From: Candidatus Heimdallarchaeota archaeon
Lineage (GTDB): Archaea > Asgardarchaeota > Heimdallarchaeia > Heimdallarchaeales > Kariarchaeaceae
NCBI GenBank assembly: GCA_015523565.1
Contig: WAKA01000013.1
Span: forward strand, 1-29,863
Direction of reading: 5' to 3'
Length of the DNA: 29,863 bases
Both the position numbers and the translations under genes were made by a program. The notes under the pieces were generated by a model that was not told the DNA's origin, searched no databases, and saw only the letters and a program-made list of their open reading frames with translations. Below, one piece after another: positions 9,959-18,246 of the stretch (its first letter is position 1; each line of letters starts with the position of its first letter).

Positions 9959-10528
9959 ATGGATATTCCCTCAGAAGATCGTTATATCTTTAAATTGGTC
10001 TTGACTGGAAATGAGAAGGTCGGGAAAACCACCTTAAGAAAACGTTTCATGGGCGTTGGATTCGCAAAAGATTACAAAAAAACAATAGGTGTCGATCTTT
10101 CCTATATGAAATTCAAACGAGACAATGAGGAGCATGACCTTGTCATATGGGATATTGCCGGTGATGCAAGCTTCAAAAAAAATCGTGCAATGTACTATAA
10201 GGGAACAAATGGGGTGATGCTTGTCATTGACGTTACCAGTAATGGTGACTTGGACACCTTTGTAAAACCATGGGTGGATGATTATATTCAGCAAGAAATT
10301 GCGAATACAATGCAACTTGCCATTATTTTCAATAAGATTGACTTGAAGGATGCCCGGCAAATCTTTACTGCTGAAAAAAAGGCAATCATTGATTATATCA
10401 GGGAACGCTTGCCTCGTGATGAATCATTCGAAATAGGGTCGTTTGAAACGTCAGCCCTAACAGGCGAGGGCGTCAGGGATGCATTCGAATGGCTTATTGA
10501 AAAAATGGTTCAAAACCATGATGCATGA
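9959..10528 (+). CDS. Rab-like small GTPase (Ras superfamily)
   Basis: G1 GNEKVGKT, G2 YKKTIGVD, G3 WDIAG, YYKGTNG, G4 NKID, G5 ETSAL; no C-terminal prenylation cysteines. Confidence 0.93.
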   Translation: MDIPSEDRYIFKLVLTGNEKVGKTTLRKRFMGVGFAKDYKKTIGVDLSYMKFKRDNEEHDLVIWDIAGDASFKKNRAMYYKGTNGVMLVIDVTSNGDLDTFVKPWVDDYIQQEIANTMQLAIIFNKIDLKDARQIFTAEKKAIIDYIRERLPRDESFEIGSFETSALTGEGVRDAFEWLIEKMVQNHDA

Positions 10529-10580
10529 GACCTGCGTCCTATGTCTTGCTTTTAAAACAGCTCATCCGTAAAAAAATACT

Positions 10581-11765
10581 GTGAGGATTAATGAAGGATT
10601 ATCCATATTGGAACAGTACCCTCTACATGTTCCTGATGAATTCATCCCTATTTCCAACGCTTATCGGCGTATCTGCTCTAAAAATATCATATGTCCCGCT
10701 GATTTTCCACAATGGCCAATTTCTGCAATGGATGGTTATGCCATTAAAATTACTGATAGCAATACCTATAATGTTACGGGCATGGTCAATGCAGGTGACA
10801 ACCCCTCACTTGAATTGAAGCAAGGTGATGCAATCAGAATCAATACTGGTGGGGTTGTCCCAAATGGTGCAAACGCGGTTATCAAGGTGGAGGACGTTCA
10901 TATCGAGGATAACAAGATCATTTTGCAGAAAATTCCAAAGGAAGGAGAAAACATTATCCAAGTTGGTGAAAATGTAAAAAAGGGAACTGTTGTGATACAA
11001 AAGGGGCAAATTATCGATGCCCCTGAAATCTCCACTTTGAAATCTTTGGGTTACTTTTCTGTCCCCGTCAAATCCTTCCCCACTGTTGCAGTCCTGAATA
11101 CAGGTGATGAATTGGTGGATACGCCCCCTGTTCCACGGGGTAAGGTTATTGAATCAAACAGTATCATGTTAATCAATCAAATCAAAAATTCCTTTTCCCG
11201 ACCTCTGCATCTAGGCAATGTGCAAGACAACAAAGATGAGATTTTGAAGAAAATAAAAGAAGGCATCCACATTTCAGATGTTTTGCTTATTGTAGGGGGA
11301 ACATCCATGGGTACAAAAGATTTTGTCCCCTCAATTCTTGATTCCATGGGGAAACGGATTTTTAAAGGGTTGGACATTTCTCCAGGTAAACCGATTGGTT
11401 GTTGGAAAATTGGAGACACAATGGTTTTTTCAATGCCTGGATATCCTGTGGCATGTTATCTGACATTTAGATATATCGTGAGAAAATACTTGTTGCATTG
11501 TCTTGGTACAAGGAAGTTTGACATTCAATTTCCACAGGTTCAGGCAATACTTGATGAAGATATTTCCTCAAAAAAGGGAAAGATGCAGTTCATCAGGGTA
11601 AAAATATTGGAAACTGGAGATATGCTTGTCGCAAGAACAATTTCTAAATACGGTTCAAGTAATCTCATGTCATTGACAATAGCTGATGGAATATTGGTTG
11701 TACCTGAAGATACAACCTTTCTACCAAAAGGGAAAAAAGTGACTGTCGACTTGATCAGGGTATAA
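10581..11765 (+). CDS. moeA: Molybdopterin molybdotransferase MoeA
   Basis: SAMDGYA, INTGG..P.GANAVIKVED, NTGDEL, ESNS, GGTSMG..DFVP, PGKP, PGYP; GTG start. Confidence 0.93.
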   Translation: MRINEGLSILEQYPLHVPDEFIPISNAYRRICSKNIICPADFPQWPISAMDGYAIKITDSNTYNVTGMVNAGDNPSLELKQGDAIRINTGGVVPNGANAVIKVEDVHIEDNKIILQKIPKEGENIIQVGENVKKGTVVIQKGQIIDAPEISTLKSLGYFSVPVKSFPTVAVLNTGDELVDTPPVPRGKVIESNSIMLINQIKNSFSRPLHLGNVQDNKDEILKKIKEGIHISDVLLIVGGTSMGTKDFVPSILDSMGKRIFKGLDISPGKPIGCWKIGDTMVFSMPGYPVACYLTFRYIVRKYLLHCLGTRKFDIQFPQVQAILDEDISSKKGKMQFIRVKILETGDMLVARTISKYGSSNLMSLTIADGILVVPEDTTFLPKGKKVTVDLIRV

Positions 11766-11846
11766 CGGCAAAAAATGATTTTTTGCTTCATATTCCTCTA
11801 GGAAACTAACAAAAATGAATTAATACCTTGACCATAAGAATTACTT

Positions 11847-12857
11847 ATGTCCCGTATCCTAATTGCAGGCTCCGGTTCTATAGGAACTGTATTGGGTGCT
11901 TTCCTTGCAGAAGCCCACGAGGTTACCTTGTTAAGGCGGAATGAATCATATCCTAGCCTAAAGATCAAAGTGGTTGGTGTACAGGAAACGTCCGCCATAT
12001 TGCCCGTCATGTCATTTGAAACCTTGCCCTCAAAATTGGATTATGATTATGTTTTTATTACTGTGCAATCCCAAGATACAAAAAATCTGATTGAAGGACT
12101 ATCCTCCCGCCTCCCAAGCAAATCAATCCTTGTATCCCTTCAAAATGGAATTGGCAATTATGAGGCAATTCGCCGAGAACTTAAATCAAACCCATTGGTA
12201 TTGGGTGTTGTTTGGTGGTCTGCCACCTTGCTCAATCCTACGACTGTTTATTATCATCGTAAATCAGAAACCACGTTGGGAAGGAAGCAAGAGGACAACC
12301 ACACTTCAACCGCAAATGTGATTGATGTTTCTCGTTTGCTTGCACCACATTTCCCATCAAAAATAAGCGATGACATAGATGTTGATCTTCATCGAAAATT
12401 GGCATTAAATGTTGTTTCTCCAGTTCTTGCATTAATAAAACAGCCCTATCCTCAAGGGCTTTTGCAGGAAAATGCTCGGAAATTGACTCATGTTCTGTTT
12501 GATGAGGCAGTCAATGCACTTGTCAAACGTTATCCAACTCTTTTGGACGACAAGTTGCTTTTATTCCATAAGATGCTTGTAGGGGATGCTCCAATTCCTG
12601 ATTTGCCAAAAAGCAACTATACCCACAAAACCTCTACTCAAATCTCATTGGAAAAGTATGGTGGTGCAGGAAGCAATGCGGATGTGATATTGGGTGCCTT
12701 AATTCGTATCGGGCGTATTACAGCCACTAAAATTTCCACCATCCTAAAAGTGCATGAATTTTTAATGTCATTGCCTTCAAACTATAATGCATTGACTGAT
12801 GATGATCTTAAGTCTTATATTCCTGAATCTTACTCCTGTTCATTGAGTGTCGAATAG
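11847..12857 (+). CDS. Ketopantoate reductase (PanE/ApbA) family protein, divergent
   Basis: Rossmann ILIAGSGSIG, VSLQNGIG, RKLALN (catalytic Lys position). Confidence 0.8.
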   Translation: MSRILIAGSGSIGTVLGAFLAEAHEVTLLRRNESYPSLKIKVVGVQETSAILPVMSFETLPSKLDYDYVFITVQSQDTKNLIEGLSSRLPSKSILVSLQNGIGNYEAIRRELKSNPLVLGVVWWSATLLNPTTVYYHRKSETTLGRKQEDNHTSTANVIDVSRLLAPHFPSKISDDIDVDLHRKLALNVVSPVLALIKQPYPQGLLQENARKLTHVLFDEAVNALVKRYPTLLDDKLLLFHKMLVGDAPIPDLPKSNYTHKTSTQISLEKYGGAGSNADVILGALIRIGRITATKISTILKVHEFLMSLPSNYNALTDDDLKSYIPESYSCSLSVE

Positions 12858-13754
12858 GCCTTCGGCTGAAAGGTTTGCCCAATGCTCCAATGCTTCTTCC
12901 GATTCAATTCTTCCTTCCAAAAACCTACGCACATCATCCCGATATTCTTTACAAAGGGTGAGAAATACACTGTGGCGCATTCTTCGTATTGCGTTACGGT
13001 TATCGTCTAGATATTTCTCCAGTATTCTAAACGCAATGTCTTTGAACTTCAATGCCAAATCATGTGACAGGACTGCCAACACCGTTTCCCTTATACGTTC
13101 CTCTTGTGTGTCAGCAATGCCTTGGATGAATTCCATTGTTTTTTCTGGGTGATATTTGAGCCCTACAGACCCAAATCCACTATATGCAATATTATTCCGA
13201 ACCAAGAAGTCCTCATCGTTCAATAAGGTCATTATTATTTCTCGGTAAGGGGTCAAATCCTCTTCCAATTTAATGACAAGTTTCATGGCATTGGTAGCCA
13301 GTTGTCTTTCCCTAATGTCTTTTGATACTGCAAATTCATGGAGAACCTTCAGTTTTTCCTTGTCTTGCATGACCAAATTTGCCAATAATTCTGCTGAAAG
13401 ATCCCTTAACTGCCAAAACTTATCAACTCCATATTTCCTTATCAGTTGAATGGCTTCTTCAGTTCTTTCAATCCACCATTTACTTTCAATTGCCAATTTC
13501 AACCCGACCGCAATTTGAAAATGGTTCTCTTTTTGCACAAGTGTTTCAATGAGTTGCTCTTTTTCACTTTGAGTATATTTGTTGAGGACATCAGCAACCT
13601 TTGCCAAATCTGTCAAACCAATTATATTGTCAATTTTAAACATCTCGACAATCTCTTCTAGATCCCTTGTTCTGCTTTTTTGTTTTAGGTCCCGAAAAAA
13701 AGTACTTTTCAGTTTAATTCTCTGTTTTCTCTGGACTGTGCTATCTTTCGACAT
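12840..13754 (-). CDS. HEAT-repeat protein, DNA alkylation repair (AlkD-like) superfamily
   Basis: Helical repeats WQLRDLSA, DIRERQLA, DEDFLVRNNIA, KYHPEKTMEFI, EERIRETV. ATG at 13754 preferred over TTG at 13760. Confidence 0.65.
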   Translation of the reverse strand: MSKDSTVQRKQRIKLKSTFFRDLKQKSRTRDLEEIVEMFKIDNIIGLTDLAKVADVLNKYTQSEKEQLIETLVQKENHFQIAVGLKLAIESKWWIERTEEAIQLIRKYGVDKFWQLRDLSAELLANLVMQDKEKLKVLHEFAVSKDIRERQLATNAMKLVIKLEEDLTPYREIIMTLLNDEDFLVRNNIAYSGFGSVGLKYHPEKTMEFIQGIADTQEERIRETVLAVLSHDLALKFKDIAFRILEKYLDDNRNAIRRMRHSVFLTLCKEYRDDVRRFLEGRIESEEALEHWANLSAEGLFDTQ

Positions 13755-14063
13755 GGACAATAAATTTGAAAAAATATGACTATTTAGTTTTCGTTTTTTT
13801 GCATGGATTTTTTATGTGTGGGAATTGGATATTTTTTTCCCCTTGTGTATTTCAATATGTTTAAAAAAGTGGAAAGGTAGAATAGATTAGTATGATGAGG
13901 TCTTGCGTTCCTCCTATCTGAAGTTGATCTCTTCAACACATTTTCTTCTGTTCTAGGGAACCCAAGGCAATCATGCAATTTTATGGAGGTTAAAAAATGA
14001 GACAAGGTGAATACCTTCCTAAATGAAACTGAAAAATGTAATTTGAACAACTGCTCCCATAAT

Positions 14064-14771
14064 ATGGCACGTGCCCTTCCCAAAAGAATTTCTGGTTTTT
14101 CAGGGATTGCCGTTAAATTGAGTCGTTTAAAATCATTGGGTATCGAATTCCAAAAGCTCTTGGAAATCACCAAAAAGTACAAGATTCTGATTGATGCAGA
14201 ATATGAGAGACTTGACCATGTGCTTTTTCACCAATTCAGGCAGGAGACTGAAGACCATTCTGAACGATTACTTGTTTCTGTCCAAATGAAACGAGCTGAT
14301 AGCATTGAACAGTTGCAAGCTCTTGATGACTCTGGCCTGAAATCAGTTCTAGTGAGAGGAAATTCTGCATATTTAAATGGGGTGCGCACCGTCAAAAATG
14401 CTTATCATGCCTTTTCCCATGCACTTGCTCAATTCGAGACAATTGAGATGATTGGCGGAAGCACTATCCTTGCTGAGAAAATAGGGTTGCAGGACATCCT
14501 GTCAGATACCCCCCAATTTCTGCTTGAACTGCAGGGCTATCAACAGCTGCAAAATAGCTCTCTCTGGATTTATTACAATCATGGATATTTCAGCAAAGAA
14601 GCCAAGGCATATCTGAACCGGCGTTCCCTTTCTGGAAATGTTTCACTTGACCAATTCATTGCTACTTCTGAAAATGGAATACATTCTTTGCTTAAGAATC
14701 ATTCAGGTTATGTTTTTCTTGATGCATGTTGTAAATATAGGTATCTTGAGCTTTTATCATGCTTAATATAA
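14064..14771 (+). CDS. Uncharacterised archaeal protein, probable alpha/beta barrel
   Basis: Motifs GIAVK, ILIDAE, KRAD, VLVRGNSAYL, AYLNRR resemble, from memory, an uncharacterised euryarchaeal family loosely annotated as luciferase-like. Start ATG 14064 (or GTG 14007). Confidence 0.55.
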   Translation: MARALPKRISGFSGIAVKLSRLKSLGIEFQKLLEITKKYKILIDAEYERLDHVLFHQFRQETEDHSERLLVSVQMKRADSIEQLQALDDSGLKSVLVRGNSAYLNGVRTVKNAYHAFSHALAQFETIEMIGGSTILAEKIGLQDILSDTPQFLLELQGYQQLQNSSLWIYYNHGYFSKEAKAYLNRRSLSGNVSLDQFIATSENGIHSLLKNHSGYVFLDACCKYRYLELLSCLI

Positions 14772-14785
14772 TTTTTCATCATGAA

Positions 14786-15598
14786 TTATTTTAAGCCAAG
14801 CAATCTTTTCCACCAGCTTCTTTTCTTTACTGGTTCATCATCTTTTGACATATTTTGTTGGTTCGATGCCTTCACTGTTTCTGGCGTTGTTGCCTTATGT
14901 TCCTCAGCTGTCTTGTATTCTTCTGGTTTGTATGTTGCTTCTCTTTGGTCTTCTACAGAAAGCTGCGGACCTTGACCTTTTGCCTTTTCCAAGAATTCAA
15001 AAAATGCTTTTTCTGCTTTACTTCCCTCACCTTCATAAATTGTCACTTGGACAGGCAAATAATTCCTTCCAGAATCAATCTTTTGCATAAGTTTTTGTCC
15101 TTGGAATCTCTCTTCCCTGCTTGCATTCTTTCCAATCCAAACAAAGATGACTTCATTGCCGTCAACAACAAAAACATCATTGGAATTGAGCGAGGACTTG
15201 TCCAATGGCACTTCCTCAATTTCCGCTTCATCCCAATTGACTGTCTCTTCTTTTGTAAACACTCTGAACATCTTGAGTTGAACCATATCTAATTCTGCAG
15301 GGACTAGAAATCCTGGAGTATCTCCATCAATTACCTTGAATGATAGGACGGTCATGAATTCTTCTGGCTCTTTCCCTTGATTGATTGTTATCACATCTGG
15401 CGTTCCGTCTCTTTCATGATCCATTTTATTGGATACCCATGCTGCAACAGTTCCTTCTTCAACGGCGGCATCCTTGCCTATCCAAATCCAGATTTTGTCA
15501 CCTGTGTCCACAACATATACATCGCCGTCCAAGAAGACAACTTCGTCTGAAGCTTCCATTTCTTTCAATTCTTTTCCTTGAACATGAAATAACTTCAT
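14786..15598 (-). CDS. Two-domain gelsolin-family actin regulator with C-terminal tail
   Basis: Repeat 1 GDVYVVDTGDKIWIWIGKDA..EE...QGKEPEEF; repeat 2 EVPLDKSSLNSNDVFVVDGNEVIFVWIGKNASREER...EGE. Confidence 0.92.
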   Translation of the reverse strand: MKLFHVQGKELKEMEASDEVVFLDGDVYVVDTGDKIWIWIGKDAAVEEGTVAAWVSNKMDHERDGTPDVITINQGKEPEEFMTVLSFKVIDGDTPGFLVPAELDMVQLKMFRVFTKEETVNWDEAEIEEVPLDKSSLNSNDVFVVDGNEVIFVWIGKNASREERFQGQKLMQKIDSGRNYLPVQVTIYEGEGSKAEKAFFEFLEKAKGQGPQLSVEDQREATYKPEEYKTAEEHKATTPETVKASNQQNMSKDDEPVKKRSWWKRLLGLK

Positions 15599-15730
15599 AG
15601 TCTGCCATAGTCCTTATAATACAAAAAATATTCGCCGTCCAGATTTTTTCTTCTTTTTTTTGTAATTTTTGTAGAGTTAAGCATGAACCTTTACAGTTCT
15701 TTTTACATCACTATCCTTTCAAAATGTTAC

Positions 15731-17545
15731 TTATTTTGTCACAATCTCTTCTTTTATGATTTTTCCGTCTTGCATATGGATTATCCTATCTGCCATTTTT
15801 GCAACAGCTGGGTCATGTGTAACCAAAACAAGTGTAACTCCCAGTTCTTTGTTGATGGTTGTCAGAATATCCATGATTTGATTGCCTGTTTTGTGATCCA
15901 AATCTCCTGTGGGTTCATCAGCAAAAACAATTCTGGGCATGTTTTGCAACGCCCTTGCTATTGTCACCCGTTGTTGTTGCCCTCCAGACAGGTTTTTTGG
16001 ACTGGTGTTCATGAAATTCTCTAGTCCCACCTTTGCGAGGAGATCTTTCGCTCTCCTTGTTTTGTTACCTATTTTATTGTCCGTACCAAATTCAGAAGGC
16101 AACCTGACATTTTCCAATGATGTGAGAACTGGCAGGAGATTATAGCTTTGGTAAATAAAAGATGCCTTGTTCCTCCTGAACTTGACCAACTGTTTTTCAC
16201 TTGCCTTGCCCATGTCCTGTCCATCCACAATTATTGTTCCCCTATCTGCTTTGTCCAATCCAGACAGGAGATTCAACAATGTCGTCTTACCTGACCCCGA
16301 TGGTCCCATAATTGCAACGAATTCCCCTCTTTTAATCTGAAGGTCAATTCCCCTTACCGCATAAACTGTATGGGTCAAAAGCTGGAAACTCTTGAAAATT
16401 GTATCTACATAAATAATTGTGTCCTCATCAACAGTATATTCTTTTTCTGTTTCTCCCAATAACCCTCCCTGAAGAGTTGTAAAGCTTGGGATGTCTTGGA
16501 ACAATTCTGTTGAAAACCTGAACTCTTCAAAAGAGGCATACACCTTTGATGCGAAATCAATGAATTTGAGTATTGTTTCATCCCCTTTTTCAGATATACT
16601 TGCATTCTCAATCACTGTATGTAACGACCGAAATTCATCCACATTTTGGGAAATGGTTTCTTCCAAGATTTCCAATTTACGATATATTTCTTCCAGATTA
16701 TGAATTGCAAACCATTGGTCGAACAGTTCCAACAACTTTCTTCCCTCTGCTGTTTCAGTCTCTTCTGTAATTTCTTCACGCAATTGGATATATCGCCTGA
16801 TCTGTTTCTTGGCTAAATTGAGTGGTTCTCTAATCCCCAGTATTTTTCCAAGGAAAACACTTGAAAGTTCAACCATTTGCATTTTTTTCTCCATAGAGCT
16901 TATGTTTTCCAATTGGTCAAGAAAATCTTTTAGACCTTCAATGACAGTTGACAATGTTTCTTGCATCTTTTCCGTTTGTCTGGCGATCAAATCAACATGC
17001 TTCCGACCAAAAACCGCCAATGTCATTTCATCAATTATTTCTTCCGTAGAGCCTGTCTTGTCCTGTCCATTAAATTCTATGGTTTCTTGCTTCAATGTTA
17101 TGTATTTTGTCTCTCCTTTTTCAACAACCAACAGATATCCGTTATCAAATAATGTCTTCACATGTTGGACAATGGTGATCGCTAATTGTTCCGTCAATGT
17201 CTTTCCTTCAAAACTTTTGGAAAAAAGTTTTTCCAGTTGATTAAAAACTTCGATTGAATTTTTAAGTTCTGGGTCCCTTATGACCAATTTGTTAATCTCT
17301 TTGATAGTCTTGGACATATGGTTTTGCCACAATTTTTCAAATCGCTTGATTTGGTTCTCAATCTTTCTTTCCCCCAAGTCTGTTGCAATGGCCATTAAAA
17401 ACTGATTATGCTCCTGAATCTTTATTTTCTTCTTGCTGAATGGTCTATACCCCTTCTTCAGTATCTTCTCAACTTTTGACATAAGTTGTTCATTGATTCT
17501 GATGAAGGGTTTGTAAATTGGTATTGAAACTATAATACTATTCAT
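15731..17545 (-). CDS. ABC ATPase (LolD/MacB-like) with ~370-aa N-terminal extension
   Basis: C-terminal NBD GPSGSGKT, IYQ, LSGGQQQR, FADEPTG, VTH; ATGA overlap with the upstream gene and SD GAGGAGG support the long start. Confidence 0.9.
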   Translation of the reverse strand: MNSIIVSIPIYKPFIRINEQLMSKVEKILKKGYRPFSKKKIKIQEHNQFLMAIATDLGERKIENQIKRFEKLWQNHMSKTIKEINKLVIRDPELKNSIEVFNQLEKLFSKSFEGKTLTEQLAITIVQHVKTLFDNGYLLVVEKGETKYITLKQETIEFNGQDKTGSTEEIIDEMTLAVFGRKHVDLIARQTEKMQETLSTVIEGLKDFLDQLENISSMEKKMQMVELSSVFLGKILGIREPLNLAKKQIRRYIQLREEITEETETAEGRKLLELFDQWFAIHNLEEIYRKLEILEETISQNVDEFRSLHTVIENASISEKGDETILKFIDFASKVYASFEEFRFSTELFQDIPSFTTLQGGLLGETEKEYTVDEDTIIYVDTIFKSFQLLTHTVYAVRGIDLQIKRGEFVAIMGPSGSGKTTLLNLLSGLDKADRGTIIVDGQDMGKASEKQLVKFRRNKASFIYQSYNLLPVLTSLENVRLPSEFGTDNKIGNKTRRAKDLLAKVGLENFMNTSPKNLSGGQQQRVTIARALQNMPRIVFADEPTGDLDHKTGNQIMDILTTINKELGVTLVLVTHDPAVAKMADRIIHMQDGKIIKEEIVTK

Positions 17546-18234
17546 GCCTTTACCTCCTCAACGATCTTTCCATCATCTATTCTTAGGATGCGGTCACATA
17601 AGGATCCAATGTATTCTGAGTGCGTTACAAGCAACAAGGTTTGATTTTCCTCTTGATTGACTCGCCTGAATAGCCTCATAACATCTGTTGAAGATTCCAA
17701 ATCTAGATCTCCTGTTGGTTCATCTCCTAAAAGTATGGCGGGTCTTGTAATCAATGATCTTGCAATGGCAACCCTTTGTTCCTGCCCTCCAGAAAGCTCA
17801 TTGGGATAATGGTCTATCCTTCCTCCAAGACCAAGCTCTCTAAGTATCATTACTGCCCTTCTTCTTGCCACAGCAAATGTTTCACCTTGAATCAGCAGTG
17901 GAAGCATGACATTTTGAGCCGCAGTAAGGAAGTCAAGCAAATTGAAGTGTTGAAAAATATATCCTATCTTGTCTCTTCTTAATGCCGCACGCATCTCATC
18001 TGAAAACGAGGTCACGTTTTTACCATCCACTATTATCTCTCCTGATGTTACTGGTGTCAATCCCCCAATTAGGTTAAGCAGGGTTGACTTTCCAGATCCT
18101 GATGGTCCCATCAATGCAACCATCTCCCCTTCCATTATTTTCAGGTTGATATTTTCTACTGCAACCACTTCTCTTGCAGTCCCTTCATTATAGATTTTTG
18201 TCACATCTTTAAGTTCCAGCATTACCTTTCTCAT
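17542..18234 (-). CDS. ABC ATPase (LolD/MacB/MJ0796-like)
   Basis: GPSGSGKS, IFQ, LSGGQEQR, LGDEPTG, VTH; SD AAGGAGG upstream. Confidence 0.95.
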   Translation of the reverse strand: MRKVMLELKDVTKIYNEGTAREVVAVENINLKIMEGEMVALMGPSGSGKSTLLNLIGGLTPVTSGEIIVDGKNVTSFSDEMRAALRRDKIGYIFQHFNLLDFLTAAQNVMLPLLIQGETFAVARRRAVMILRELGLGGRIDHYPNELSGGQEQRVAIARSLITRPAILLGDEPTGDLDLESSTDVMRLFRRVNQEENQTLLLVTHSEYIGSLCDRILRIDDGKIVEEVKA

Positions 18235-18246
18235 CTTGAAACCTCC

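Noticed and set aside
13784-14182. 132-aa minus-strand ORF
   Set aside because: Overlaps the + strand gene and spans a divergent promoter region; no protein-like features.
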